In this document: piece by piece, positions 20,612-31,186 of the stretch
Numbering within the stretch: position 1 is the first letter of the stretch
Layout of the letters: every line of letters starts with the position of its first letter
Assembly (NCBI GenBank): GCA_942492065.1
Contig: CALODV010000013.1
Coordinates: 20,989-84,988, forward strand
Reading direction: 5' to 3'
Length of the DNA stretch: 64,000 nucleotides
Source of the DNA: Candidatus Cloacimonadales bacterium
Lineage (GTDB): Bacteria; Cloacimonadota; Cloacimonadia; Cloacimonadales; JAIOQZ01
Made by a program: the position numbers and the translations under genes
Notes under the pieces: model-generated
Told to the model about the DNA's origin: nothing
Seen by the model: the letters and a program-made list of their open reading frames with translations, nothing else
Databases searched by the model: none

Positions 20612-22831
20612 ATGGGAAAAAACTTAATAATCGTCGAGTCTCCGGCAAAAGCAAAAACAATCAGTAAATTTTTAAACAATAAATTTATAGTGAAAGCATC
20701 AGCAGGTCATATCAGAGACCTGCCAAAAAAGACAATCGGTGTTGATATTGAAAACGGCTTCAAGGCTAAATACGTAACTGATCGATCGAAATCTAAAATT
20801 ATAAAAGAACTCAGAGAGAAAGCAAAGGATGCAGATGCAATATATCTGGCGTCTGACCATGACCGTGAAGGGGAAGCTATTGCATGGCATATACTGCATG
20901 TACTAAAGGCAGAAGCAAAAGGCAAAGATGTTTATAGAATAGTATTCAATGAAATCACTAAAAAAGCCATCCAGAAAGCAATGGATACTCCAGGTGATAT
21001 CGACATGAATAAAGTTGATGCACAACAGGCAAGAAGGATACTGGACAGGCTTGTGGGTTACTCAATCAGCCCGGTATTATGGAAGGTTATCACATCCAGC
21101 CTCAGTGCAGGAAGGGTACAGTCTGTTGCCTTAAGACTGATTTGCGAGAAAGAAGAGGCTATAAAAGCCTTCGTACCTGTAGAGTTCTGGTCTGTTGAGG
21201 CGGTTTTCTCCAAGGACACACTCAAGCCATTTAAAGCCAGCCTTGCAACATGGAAAGGTAAAGCTATCAGTAAAAATGTGGGATCAGAGAAAGATGCTCT
21301 TGAGATTTTCGATGCAATAAAAGAACAGCAATTCAACCTTGATAACATTGAGAAAAAGCAGAGAAAGATCCATCCCGGACCGGCATACATAACCAGTACT
21401 CTTCAGCAGGATGCATCACGCGTACTGAATTTTCCTCCCAAAAAAACAATGATGCTTGCCCAGCAGCTTTACGAAGGGATTCAGGTTAATAGCGAACACG
21501 TTGGTCTCATATCATACATGAGAACTGACTCAGTCAGAATCTCTAATGAAGCTATAGCCAGCTGTAGAGATCTGATTCAAAATACTTTAGGGTCATCTAA
21601 TCTAAGCAGTAAACCTCGTATTTTCAGCAATAAAAGTAAAGCACAGGATGCTCACGAAGCTATCAGACCTACTGATTGTAAAAGACTCCCTGCGGATGTA
21701 AAAGACTTTCTCGAAAATGATCAATACAGACTATATAACCTGATCTGGCAAAAATTCGTTGCCACACAAATGGCACCAATTGTTGTCGATTCTCTTCAAC
21801 TTTCTATTAACGGTGGTGAAGCAGTATTCAAAACCAGTGGATCAACTATAGCCTCACCTGGTTTCCTCAAGGTTTACCCCCATTACAGTGTATCTATGGG
21901 TGAAGAAATTGATGCTGGCTACAATGAAGGTAATTCATTGAAAACAAATGAAATGGAACCTCTACAGCATTTCACAAAACCTCCGGCACGATTCACTGAA
22001 GCGTCGCTGATTAAAGAGCTTGAATCAAAAGGTATAGGTCGTCCATCAACTTATGCATCAATACTGAATACAATCATCCAGAGAGCATATGTAGAGCTTA
22101 TTGCCAAACGACTGGCCCCAACCAATCTCGGGGATACAGTGAACAAGTTTCTTGTTAACAATTTTGACTCTTTTTTTAACAGTGAATTCACTGCGGAAAT
22201 GGAATCAGGACTGGATGAGATTGAGTATGGTAAGTTCAACTGGCAGGAACTGATTGGAAAATACTATTCTGCGATTAAAGATCTTATCGATAAAGTTGAT
22301 GTTAAAAAAGCAAAAGAAAAACTGATTCAAGAAACTGATATTGAGTGTGATAAGTGTCACTCCAAGATGGTTATTAAATGGGGTCGCAAAGGTGAATTTC
22401 TAGCATGTCCTAATTACCCTGAATGCTCTAACATTAAGAACTTCACCAGAGAGGAAGACGGAACAATTAAGATTAAGGAAGAACCAAAACTGGATGAGAA
22501 TTGTCCAGAATGTGGAAATGCACTCTTGATCAAAAACGGTAGATTCGGTAAATTCATTGCATGCTCTAATTATCCTAAGTGCAAGTTCACCAAACCATTC
22601 ACTACCGGCATCAAGTGCCCAGAATGTAAAGATGGTGATATTCTTGAGAAGAAAAGTAAGAAGCAGAAAGTCTTCTACTCTTGTTCAAAATATCCTGAAT
22701 GTAAATTCTCAACATGGAATAAACCGGTTAACATGTCCTGCCCTGAGTGTAATCACCCATACGTGGAAGAAGTAACCAAGAACGGAAAAACAACAAAGGT
22801 TTGCCCAAACTGTAAACAGGAAATTCATTAA
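20612..22831 (+). CDS. topA: DNA topoisomerase I
   Basis: Toprim N-terminus (LIIVESPAKAKTI…DHDREGE), a catalytic Tyr region, and three or four C-terminal C4 zinc ribbons. Confidence 0.95.
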   Translation: MGKNLIIVESPAKAKTISKFLNNKFIVKASAGHIRDLPKKTIGVDIENGFKAKYVTDRSKSKIIKELREKAKDADAIYLASDHDREGEAIAWHILHVLKAEAKGKDVYRIVFNEITKKAIQKAMDTPGDIDMNKVDAQQARRILDRLVGYSISPVLWKVITSSLSAGRVQSVALRLICEKEEAIKAFVPVEFWSVEAVFSKDTLKPFKASLATWKGKAISKNVGSEKDALEIFDAIKEQQFNLDNIEKKQRKIHPGPAYITSTLQQDASRVLNFPPKKTMMLAQQLYEGIQVNSEHVGLISYMRTDSVRISNEAIASCRDLIQNTLGSSNLSSKPRIFSNKSKAQDAHEAIRPTDCKRLPADVKDFLENDQYRLYNLIWQKFVATQMAPIVVDSLQLSINGGEAVFKTSGSTIASPGFLKVYPHYSVSMGEEIDAGYNEGNSLKTNEMEPLQHFTKPPARFTEASLIKELESKGIGRPSTYASILNTIIQRAYVELIAKRLAPTNLGDTVNKFLVNNFDSFFNSEFTAEMESGLDEIEYGKFNWQELIGKYYSAIKDLIDKVDVKKAKEKLIQETDIECDKCHSKMVIKWGRKGEFLACPNYPECSNIKNFTREEDGTIKIKEEPKLDENCPECGNALLIKNGRFGKFIACSNYPKCKFTKPFTTGIKCPECKDGDILEKKSKKQKVFYSCSKYPECKFSTWNKPVNMSCPECNHPYVEEVTKNGKTTKVCPNCKQEIH

Positions 22832-24096
22832 TGCACTTAGCCAACTCGTTCTTTAATGCCTTACAGAGTATCTGGTCTCATAAAATGCGATCATTTCTTA
22901 CTGTTCTCGGAATACTCATTGGAGTTGCTGCAGTTGTAAGTATGTTTGCCACTGTAAACGGGATTCAGAATAAAATTGCCTCGAACATTGAAAAAATGGG
23001 ACTGAATAATACGATTGTCATTACAAGAAATGAACAGAATCAAAACTTCCATCGCAGAAGACGACATAGATTCATGACAATTAATAGAGAAAATAAGCCT
23101 GTGACAGTCGATGATTATAATTTTCTTAAGAGTAAGGTTGATGCCAAAAATATGTATGCTGTTATTGATTCATGGGAAGTCAGCGTATCTCAAAATATGC
23201 AGAAATGGCATAGAATCAGAGCAACCAGTAATGATTTTTTTATCAATAAGTCATACTCTATTGGTAAAGGAAGATTGTTTAATGGATTTGAAGAAAAGAA
23301 CGGTGAAAATGTTTGTATACTAGGACCAAACTTCTCAACTGCAACAACCAAAGCAGATGAGTTTCTGGGCAAAATGATCAGCATCGGAAGATTCAGGCTC
23401 AGAGTTATAGGCATACTGGCTTCAGAGAACATTAAATTCGATATGTTCAGTAGTAACCCATGGGAAAGACAGTATGATCTGGAAGGTGTCTATATTCCAA
23501 TTGAAACAGGTGCTAAATATATGTCTGCTGATGGTGAAGTCCAGCAAATTAATATACAGGCTTACGATGCTGTGCATTATGAAAAAATGAAGGATACAGT
23601 ATATCAGGCGATGTTGGTAAACCATAATATGGCCCATGATTTTGCTTTTCAGGATATTGGAGAAGAAATACTGAAGAGCATGAAAGAAACAGAAGATATG
23701 ATTAAAAAGTGGCAGATTATTCTAATTTCAATAGCCTCAATTTCATTATTTGTAGGAGGTATTGGACTATTCAGTACTCTTCTGATATCAATCAATGAAA
23801 AAATGCTGGAAATAGGAATCAGAAAAAGCTGTGGAGCAACCGAGAAGGATATTTTTGGCTATTTTGTTGTAGAATCAGTAACCTTGTCAATTCTGGGAGC
23901 AGTGACAGGTATTATGCTTTCTCTTGGTATACTCCTCTTCTTCTCATGGAAAATGAAATTCACATTCCCTGTCCCTTCTGAAGGAGTCATGTTAGGACTG
24001 GGATTTTCGTTAGCTGTAGGAATTCTCTTCGGATTGTATCCTGCCTGGAAAGCTGCTAAGATTGACCCAATAAAAGCAATATTCTATTTTGAGTAA
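22831..24096 (+). CDS. ABC transporter permease of the FtsX/MacB family; no ATPase gene adjacent
   Basis: N-terminal transmembrane helix, a large periplasmic domain, and a C-terminal FtsX four-helix bundle. TAATG overlap with topA. Confidence 0.8.
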   Translation: MHLANSFFNALQSIWSHKMRSFLTVLGILIGVAAVVSMFATVNGIQNKIASNIEKMGLNNTIVITRNEQNQNFHRRRRHRFMTINRENKPVTVDDYNFLKSKVDAKNMYAVIDSWEVSVSQNMQKWHRIRATSNDFFINKSYSIGKGRLFNGFEEKNGENVCILGPNFSTATTKADEFLGKMISIGRFRLRVIGILASENIKFDMFSSNPWERQYDLEGVYIPIETGAKYMSADGEVQQINIQAYDAVHYEKMKDTVYQAMLVNHNMAHDFAFQDIGEEILKSMKETEDMIKKWQIILISIASISLFVGGIGLFSTLLISINEKMLEIGIRKSCGATEKDIFGYFVVESVTLSILGAVTGIMLSLGILLFFSWKMKFTFPVPSEGVMLGLGFSLAVGILFGLYPAWKAAKIDPIKAIFYFE

Positions 24097-24582
24097 ATGA
24101 GAAAAATAGTATCGAAGTATCAGGAAAAAGTCCTCGAAAGTGAAAATGATAACACTGCATATCAGATTATGAGATATGCATGTGCCGGATTTCTTGCGGT
24201 TATCATTGATTTTGTTCTACTGCATGCTTTAACAGAATTTCTGCACATTCATTATTGGTTTTCTTCAGGATTATCTTATATCGCCAGCACGTTAATTAAC
24301 TATTTTGTAACAACCAGATTTGTTTTTGCCAGACAGAACCATACTAAAGAAACAACCATGTTCCAGATTTTTTTTATCATAGGATTAATCGGGCTGGGGC
24401 TTAATCAGGTTCTTATGTATTCCATTACTGAATTCGTGAATCTGGATTACCTGACAAGAATCAGTTCAAGTTATGGACTTCATGTCAGAAAATACATTTG
24501 GGCAAAAGTTATTGCCGGAAGCACAGTTTTTCTCTGGAATTTCGTTGCTAAACGCCATGCCGTCCATAAAAAATTAATTTAA
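24097..24582 (+). CDS. GtrA-family small membrane protein
   Basis: 161 aa with four predicted transmembrane helices and GtrA-like N-terminal RYACAGF. Confidence 0.65.
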   Translation: MRKIVSKYQEKVLESENDNTAYQIMRYACAGFLAVIIDFVLLHALTEFLHIHYWFSSGLSYIASTLINYFVTTRFVFARQNHTKETTMFQIFFIIGLIGLGLNQVLMYSITEFVNLDYLTRISSSYGLHVRKYIWAKVIAGSTVFLWNFVAKRHAVHKKLI

Positions 24583-24863
24583 CATATAAGACTTTCCCTG
24601 CATTTTTCAAAGAAAGCATTTGTAACTAAGCTGCATCAAGTGCAGGAGTTATTATTCAAAATCAGGCAATAATTCCTTATTACTATTTTTGATAGCATTT
24701 AATCCCCTCAAAAAAAATCAGTCTTTCCCCATCAACCTTTGACGTTATGTACTATATAACTTCCTATTAATTAATTTTTTGATTGACTATATTTAAAAAA
24801 AAAAACATATATTGCATAAAGGAAAGAAAAAAATACCAATTCTATAAACAGAAGGAGAAAAGT

Positions 24864-27800
24864 ATGAATAAGAAACTAGTTGTAGTCTTATTTTTTCTGT
24901 TATCCATCATGTTTATGTATGCGCAAACTTCAGGAGGACCTGATGCGTATGGATACTCATGGATAAACAGTAACGACCCAAGCGGTCCTGCATTCAGCTG
25001 GATTACTCCAGATACTGTCAATGCAAACACAATAACTTCATTAACAGATGATTCGATTGACGGACCTTTCTCAATCGGATTCAGTTTCCCTTTTTACGAT
25101 CAATCTTATACGGATTTCTATTTAAGCTCAAACGGATTCATTTCATTTTCTGGTGACACAAACAGTTTAACAAACTATACTATCCCTACTTCAGGTTCTC
25201 CAGATAATATGATTGCCTGGTTCTGGGATGATCTTGACCCTGTAAGTACAACTGTTCCGGCAAATAATGCAGGAATATATTATGAGAATATTACTTACGA
25301 TGGTTCTAATGCATTACTGATTTCTTTCCTGAATTACCACGAGTACTCAGGAGAAGGAACAGGTTATGTTGATGCTCAAGTGATACTCAGACCTAACGGT
25401 CAGATCATTATGCAGTACGATTCTTTCAATGGTGGTATGCTTTTGAATGAAGCGACTATTGGTATTGAAAACTCCGATGGAACTATTGGTCTTGAGTATT
25501 GCTTCAATGATGCATCCAACATTTCTGACCAACTTGCTGTTAAATACTATACAGTAGAAGCTGGTTACCCTGAGTTTGCTCAAAATCCAAATCCTCCGTC
25601 CGGAGCTACAGGTGTACTGATAAACGGAACACTTTCCTGGGGTTTTGGTGCTGATACAGACACTTACGATTTGTGGTTTGGGGAAGCAGGGAACATGACT
25701 CAAGTTGTATCAGGAGCAGTTGCCGGTGCATCAGGTACATATACCTACAGTGGACTGAATACTCTTACAGATTATGAGTGGAGAGTCGATACTCACAACT
25801 CAGCTACAAGACTTTCTACTACAGGTGCAATCTGGACTTTCGAAACACAATGTGGTACAATTACTACATTCCCTTGGAGTGAAGACTTTGAAGGTGGAGT
25901 ACTTCCATCTTGCTGGGTAGAAGATACCAATAACCTTGACCCATGGGCATTTGGAACTGCGACATCATCAACTAATACCGGTCCACAATCAGGTGACCAC
26001 ACTACAGGTGCAGGATACTTCATGTATACTGAAGCTTCCGGAAACCTTAATCAGGTATTTAAAGTATCATCTCCTATATATAACACATCAGCTCTTACCG
26101 CACCAGTAATGGAATTCTGGTATCATATGTATGGGCAAACAATGGGTAGCCTTCAGGTTAATATTTATGAACCTGCAACAGCTACATTGCATTCAGATGT
26201 TATTGCTCCTATCTCAGGAGATCAGGGAGATGTTTGGAACAGCGTATCTATCGATTTATCTTCATACACAGGTGAGTTTCAGGTAGAATTTATAGGAACC
26301 ACTGGAACAGACTACTATAGTGATATATGTATTGATGATATTGGAATATATGATAATACTACAGCTCCTGCCTGCTCTAGCGTTGGAATTCCAACCGACA
26401 TGTCTGTAGATATCCTGGAAACAGGTACATTGATGTGGGGCGGTGCTCAAGGTGCTACAGATTATAAAATCTCACTTGGTACTGACAATCCTCCAACCAA
26501 CATAGTTGACCATTTTGATGTTGGTCCTGCTCTTTCATACGATTATGCAGGTCTTGCATACGGTACAACATATTACTGGATGGTAACACCTTACAATAGT
26601 AATGGAGATGCAACAGGCTGTCCTGTATGGTCATTTACTACCAGAGCAGATCCAATCATTTCAACTTTCCCATATGGTGAAGACTTTGAAACAGGTGCAA
26701 TGCCAATGAACTGGATTGATGATGCCACAAATATGGATCCATGGTCATACGGTACTTCAACGTCATCCGTAAACACAGGTCCTCAAAGTGGAGACCATAC
26801 TTCAGGAGCAGGTTTCTTCATGTATACCGAAGCTTCAGGAAACCTTAATCAGCCGTTCAAAATGAAGACTAACCCCTTCAACGTTTCCGGTCTTACAGCA
26901 CCAACATTTGAATTCTGGTATCACATGTATGGACAATCAATGGGAACTTTACAGGTTAACGTTATAGATAACGTTACAGGCGTAATTACAGCAGATGTAA
27001 TAACTCCTATCAGTGGAGATCAAGGTGATACATGGTACAATGTATCAATTGACCTGACACCATTCAACACAAATCCATTCATGATTGAATTTGTTGGAAC
27101 AACAGGTGATAACTATTATAGTGACATCTGTATTGATGATCTGGCAATCTATGACAATGACGCTCCACCAGTTTGTACAACTCTTCAAAACCCACAAGAT
27201 GCTGACACTGATATCCTCGAAAGAGGCCGAATCAGCTGGATGGGAACTCAAGGAGCTACAGGTTACAAATTATTTATGGGAACAGATAATCCTCCAACAA
27301 ATATGGAAGATGGTCTTGATCTTGGAGCATCATACTACTATTCATTTGAAGGACTTAGCTACAGTACTACATACTACTGGACAATTGTACCTTACAACAC
27401 AATAGGCGATGCAACAGGTTGTCCTGTCTGGTCTTTCACTACAAGAGCAGACCCAACAGTCACAACATTCCCATATGTAATGGCTTTTGAAGATACAACC
27501 CTACTTGCTGACTGGCATAACGAAATCTATCTTGATAATGATGACTGGAATCTTGCTACATCTTCCACATATGGTGCAACATTTGATAACACTTCCGGTA
27601 CAGGAAACTTCATTCATTTCACAGATAGTGGAACCGGTGTTGATTCAGCATGGGCTACATCAACCATTTATGATATCACAGCTTTGACAAATCCCGTAGT
27701 TGAATTTAACTACTGGATTGGACACCCTGACCAATCTGCTCAGGAACAGTCAACATTCTACATAGACATTTACAGTAACGGTTCATGGAACATGGGAGTT

Positions 27801-30425
27801 GCAAGCTACACTTACAGCCCTGCCTGGACTTTGGGATCTATTGATCTTTCAACTTATAGCTCAACAGACCTGCAATTCAGATTCAGAGCTATCGGTTCTT
27901 CAAGCTTCTATAGTGATATATCTGTAGATGATTTCACAATATTCGATAATAACGTAGCACCTTCATGCACACTTCCAAATTCACCAATGGATGCTGAAAA
28001 TCCTGTTATGGAAGGCGGAACAATGAGCTGGCGTGGAGCTCCCGGAGCTACAGGTTACAAAATCTTCTTCGGAACAGACAACCCTCCTACAAACATGGAA
28101 GATGGAACAGATCTTGGCAATGTATTAACATATGATTACAACGGTCTTTCTTTCTCTACTACATACTACTGGACTATCGTACCTTACAACACACTTGGAG
28201 AAGCAACAGGATGTCCTGTCTGGTCATATACAACCAGACCTGACCCAACCGTAGCTAACTTCCCATGGACTGAAGATTTCAGTGTATGGCCTCTTGATCC
28301 AAGGGGATGGTATATGGCAGGAACAAGAACCTGGGCAGAAGATACAGGTTCCGGTAGTGCGTATTGTAACTTCTGGGGATGGCCTGAACCAAATAACGCT
28401 GAACTTTATTCCCCACCAATAGCACTCACAGGAAATGCTGATCTTGTATTCAAATGGTCTCATGCATATAATGCAAGTTATCCTAATGATGCATTTGAAG
28501 TATCTGTTTCCACAGACCAGACAACATGGAATGTTGTATGGTCCAGAGCCGGAGATCAATTCGAATCCGGAGATGGTGCAGGAAATACCAATCCTGGTAC
28601 TTTTATACAGGAAACAGTAAATATTGACCAATACAGTGGTCAGACAATTTACCTTAAGTTTGATGGTATTTCAGGATATGGTCCTAACCTTTATCTTGAT
28701 GATGTTGGTGTTAACATTACAACTCCACCAAATGATGATCTTACAGTAATTACTGTTGTTGGTAACACAACTCCAATGGTTGGATCACCTTCAGATTACA
28801 CAATCTCTGTAAGAAATAACGGTCTTAACACACAATCTACATATGATGTAAAACTGATGCTTGCTCCTGATACTGAACTCGGAACTGTTACAGGTACAAC
28901 AATTGCACACGATCAAATTCTTGATTACGTGATTACCTGGACTCCGCAAGCAGGAATGGAAGGTACACAGAATATCTTCGGTAAAGTTGTTCTTGCTAAC
29001 GATGAAGGTCCTGGCAATGATGCTTCAGCTCCACTTCCAGTAGATGTTCAACCATCACAAACAGGTATTCAGGGATACGTTCGCGACATTAATGGTAACC
29101 CTCTGTTTAATGCTCAAGTACTGATTGAAGAACTCCAGACTGTTCAGTATACTGCTAACAATGGATTCTATCAATTCCTTAATGTTCCTGTAAATACTTA
29201 CTCAGTCACAGCAAGCCTGACTAACTATGATGACAACACTCAAACCGGTGTCGTCGTGACTCAGGACAACCTTACAAACGTTGATTTCACAATGACTCAA
29301 GGTGCTATCCTCATGGGTACAGTTTACGATCATGCAAACGTTGAAGTTGCCGGTGCTCTGGTTGAAATCGAACAGCTTGCTCTTACAACAACAACAGATG
29401 CTCAAGGTAACTACACATTCGTACAGGTTACACCTGGAACATACACAGTTAACGCAACTAAAGACGGTTATATCGATCAATCAGAAGCAAATGTTGTTAT
29501 CGCAGCAGATGCTACAGTTGATCTTGATATCATCCTCAGCGAATACGGTCATTTCACAGTTAACGTAACAACTAACCTCAGTTCTCCTGCAGGTGCGATT
29601 GTGGAACTTACAGATGGAACAGAAACCTATCAGGAAACTGCAGATGATACAGGTGTTGTACTTCTCAACGAAGTTCTTCCGGGTACATACTCACTTACAG
29701 TTTCACTTACAGACTGTAACACTGTAGAACAACAAAATGTTGTTATCGTTAACGGTGACAATACTCCTGTTGATGTTACTCTTAATGAAGTTCTTATTGC
29801 TCCTACAAACGTTCAGTGGCTTAACAATCAACGTCTTCTTGTATGGCAGCATGGAGATAGACTGTATGGTACAAGAGCCGGTGAAGAAACTACACTTGTT
29901 GATGGATCATCCTATACTGATAAAGATGGAAAGCCTCAAACTGAAGAACGTCAGTTCATGTACTTCAGAGTTGAAGTTGATATCATCAACCAGACTACTC
30001 AAGATACATCTTACAGTATTACAGGTTTCACAATTGGTGAACAACTTACTGCAAGAGTAACAGCAGTTTATGAAACAGGTACAGCAGCAGCTCCTGATTA
30101 TGATTTCACATTTGGTGAAGTTGCAGTAGATCCTGAAGATGTTAACCTTATAACAGAACTTAAAGGAAACTATCCTAACCCATTTAACCCAACAACACAT
30201 ATTGACTTCTCACTTAAGAAAGCCGGTAAAGTAGAACTTGTTATCTACAATATCAATGGCCAAAAAGTAAGAACACTTGTTGATGGTGAAATGGAAGCAG
30301 ATAATCACAGTGTTATCTGGAATGGTAAAGATGACAGAGGAAACTCAGTTTCAAGTGGAACATACTTCTACAGACTGCAGACTTCTGAAACCAGCCAAAC
30401 CAGGAAAATGCTGATGCTTAAATAA
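24864..30425 (+). CDS. Giant secreted multidomain protein (~1850 aa). It has a signal peptide, repeated Fn3-like plus MAM-like modules, a CARDB-like domain, three carboxypeptidase-regulatory-like beta-sandwich domains, an Fn3 domain, and a T9SS-type C-terminal sorting domain.
   Basis: Signal peptide MNKKLVVVLFFLLSIMFMYAQ after GAAGGAG (ATG at 24864). MAM-like units repeat three to four times and contain GPQSGDHT…FMYTEAS…FWYHMYGQ…ICIDD. The C-terminal ~80 aa (NYPNPFNPTT…GTYFYRLQT…) match T9SS/Por C-terminal sorting domains. Confidence 0.85.
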   Translation: MNKKLVVVLFFLLSIMFMYAQTSGGPDAYGYSWINSNDPSGPAFSWITPDTVNANTITSLTDDSIDGPFSIGFSFPFYDQSYTDFYLSSNGFISFSGDTNSLTNYTIPTSGSPDNMIAWFWDDLDPVSTTVPANNAGIYYENITYDGSNALLISFLNYHEYSGEGTGYVDAQVILRPNGQIIMQYDSFNGGMLLNEATIGIENSDGTIGLEYCFNDASNISDQLAVKYYTVEAGYPEFAQNPNPPSGATGVLINGTLSWGFGADTDTYDLWFGEAGNMTQVVSGAVAGASGTYTYSGLNTLTDYEWRVDTHNSATRLSTTGAIWTFETQCGTITTFPWSEDFEGGVLPSCWVEDTNNLDPWAFGTATSSTNTGPQSGDHTTGAGYFMYTEASGNLNQVFKVSSPIYNTSALTAPVMEFWYHMYGQTMGSLQVNIYEPATATLHSDVIAPISGDQGDVWNSVSIDLSSYTGEFQVEFIGTTGTDYYSDICIDDIGIYDNTTAPACSSVGIPTDMSVDILETGTLMWGGAQGATDYKISLGTDNPPTNIVDHFDVGPALSYDYAGLAYGTTYYWMVTPYNSNGDATGCPVWSFTTRADPIISTFPYGEDFETGAMPMNWIDDATNMDPWSYGTSTSSVNTGPQSGDHTSGAGFFMYTEASGNLNQPFKMKTNPFNVSGLTAPTFEFWYHMYGQSMGTLQVNVIDNVTGVITADVITPISGDQGDTWYNVSIDLTPFNTNPFMIEFVGTTGDNYYSDICIDDLAIYDNDAPPVCTTLQNPQDADTDILERGRISWMGTQGATGYKLFMGTDNPPTNMEDGLDLGASYYYSFEGLSYSTTYYWTIVPYNTIGDATGCPVWSFTTRADPTVTTFPYVMAFEDTTLLADWHNEIYLDNDDWNLATSSTYGATFDNTSGTGNFIHFTDSGTGVDSAWATSTIYDITALTNPVVEFNYWIGHPDQSAQEQSTFYIDIYSNGSWNMGVASYTYSPAWTLGSIDLSTYSSTDLQFRFRAIGSSSFYSDISVDDFTIFDNNVAPSCTLPNSPMDAENPVMEGGTMSWRGAPGATGYKIFFGTDNPPTNMEDGTDLGNVLTYDYNGLSFSTTYYWTIVPYNTLGEATGCPVWSYTTRPDPTVANFPWTEDFSVWPLDPRGWYMAGTRTWAEDTGSGSAYCNFWGWPEPNNAELYSPPIALTGNADLVFKWSHAYNASYPNDAFEVSVSTDQTTWNVVWSRAGDQFESGDGAGNTNPGTFIQETVNIDQYSGQTIYLKFDGISGYGPNLYLDDVGVNITTPPNDDLTVITVVGNTTPMVGSPSDYTISVRNNGLNTQSTYDVKLMLAPDTELGTVTGTTIAHDQILDYVITWTPQAGMEGTQNIFGKVVLANDEGPGNDASAPLPVDVQPSQTGIQGYVRDINGNPLFNAQVLIEELQTVQYTANNGFYQFLNVPVNTYSVTASLTNYDDNTQTGVVVTQDNLTNVDFTMTQGAILMGTVYDHANVEVAGALVEIEQLALTTTTDAQGNYTFVQVTPGTYTVNATKDGYIDQSEANVVIAADATVDLDIILSEYGHFTVNVTTNLSSPAGAIVELTDGTETYQETADDTGVVLLNEVLPGTYSLTVSLTDCNTVEQQNVVIVNGDNTPVDVTLNEVLIAPTNVQWLNNQRLLVWQHGDRLYGTRAGEETTLVDGSSYTDKDGKPQTEERQFMYFRVEVDIINQTTQDTSYSITGFTIGEQLTARVTAVYETGTAAAPDYDFTFGEVAVDPEDVNLITELKGNYPNPFNPTTHIDFSLKKAGKVELVIYNINGQKVRTLVDGEMEADNHSVIWNGKDDRGNSVSSGTYFYRLQTSETSQTRKMLMLK
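25840..28300 (+). repeat. Intragenic tandem duplication of ~800-bp MAM/Fn3 units (about three copies) inside the giant gene
   Basis: Near-identical DNA stretches recur, for example GATGCAACAGG(C/T)TGTCCTGT(A/C)TGGTC at 26611, 27411 and 28201. Confidence 0.6.
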
Positions 30426-30471
30426 CTTAGATGTTTCAGACCATCAAAATGGTCTAACAACATAAAACTTA

Positions 30472-30503
30472 AACCAGCCTTCTATCAGAGGGCTGGTTTT
30501 TTA
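30472..30503 (+). terminator. Intrinsic terminator after the giant gene
   Basis: Hairpin AACCAGCCttctatcagagGGCTGGTT followed by a T-run. Confidence 0.65.
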
Positions 30504-30621
30504 TTTACCACCTGCAGAATAGCATTTGCAAAATCACATATATTCTTTGATAAACTTGATATTTTTTTGTTGACATATATTTTAAATGTACCATACTTAA
30601 GAAAAATATCGAGGGGGATTT

Positions 30622-31167
30622 ATGATATTAGCATTCTGGGTTGCAGCAATAGCAGGCTCTCTTGCAGTGTTAACTCAAATGATACTTCTTATGTTCGGAA
30701 TTGGAGAATCTGACGGTGATGTAGATGCAGATACAGATTTTGATGGTGACGGTTTTGATTTTCCAATATTTACTGTTAAATCACTAATTGGATTTATTGG
30801 CGGCTTTGGGTGGGGAGGATTGATTGCAGTCGATAAGGAACTTTCCACATCCATGCAACTTTTGTATGCAGTAGTAGCCGGTATTGTTCTGGCACTGCTT
30901 GTTTCAACAATTCTTTACCTGTTATCTAAACTCAAACATACCGGAAATCTAAGGATTTCCAATGCAATCGGAAAAATTGGTGACGTATATTTACATATTC
31001 CGGCGAAAAGAAAAGGAACCGGAATTGTCCACGTTATAGTTCAGGACTCAATGCAGGAACTGAAAGCACTGACAGATGGTGAAGAAATAGCCACAGGTGA
31101 AAAAATTCAGGTAACCGGAGTTCTGGATAACACTTTAATTGTAAAATCTCTGGCAACAGAAGAATAA
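30622..31167 (+). CDS. NfeD-family membrane protein (partner of SPFH/flotillin)
   Basis: N-terminal transmembrane helices and a C-terminal OB-fold region. Sits directly upstream of the flotillin gene. Confidence 0.7.
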   Translation: MILAFWVAAIAGSLAVLTQMILLMFGIGESDGDVDADTDFDGDGFDFPIFTVKSLIGFIGGFGWGGLIAVDKELSTSMQLLYAVVAGIVLALLVSTILYLLSKLKHTGNLRISNAIGKIGDVYLHIPAKRKGTGIVHVIVQDSMQELKALTDGEEIATGEKIQVTGVLDNTLIVKSLATEE

Positions 31168-31186
31168 CAAATTAGAAGGAGTAATT

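Noticed and set aside
30580-30615. Sigma70 promoter TTGACA-17-TACCAT upstream of nfeD
   Set aside because: The -35 hexamer is perfect but the -10 is poor (TACCAT/ATACTT). Left as unsupported.
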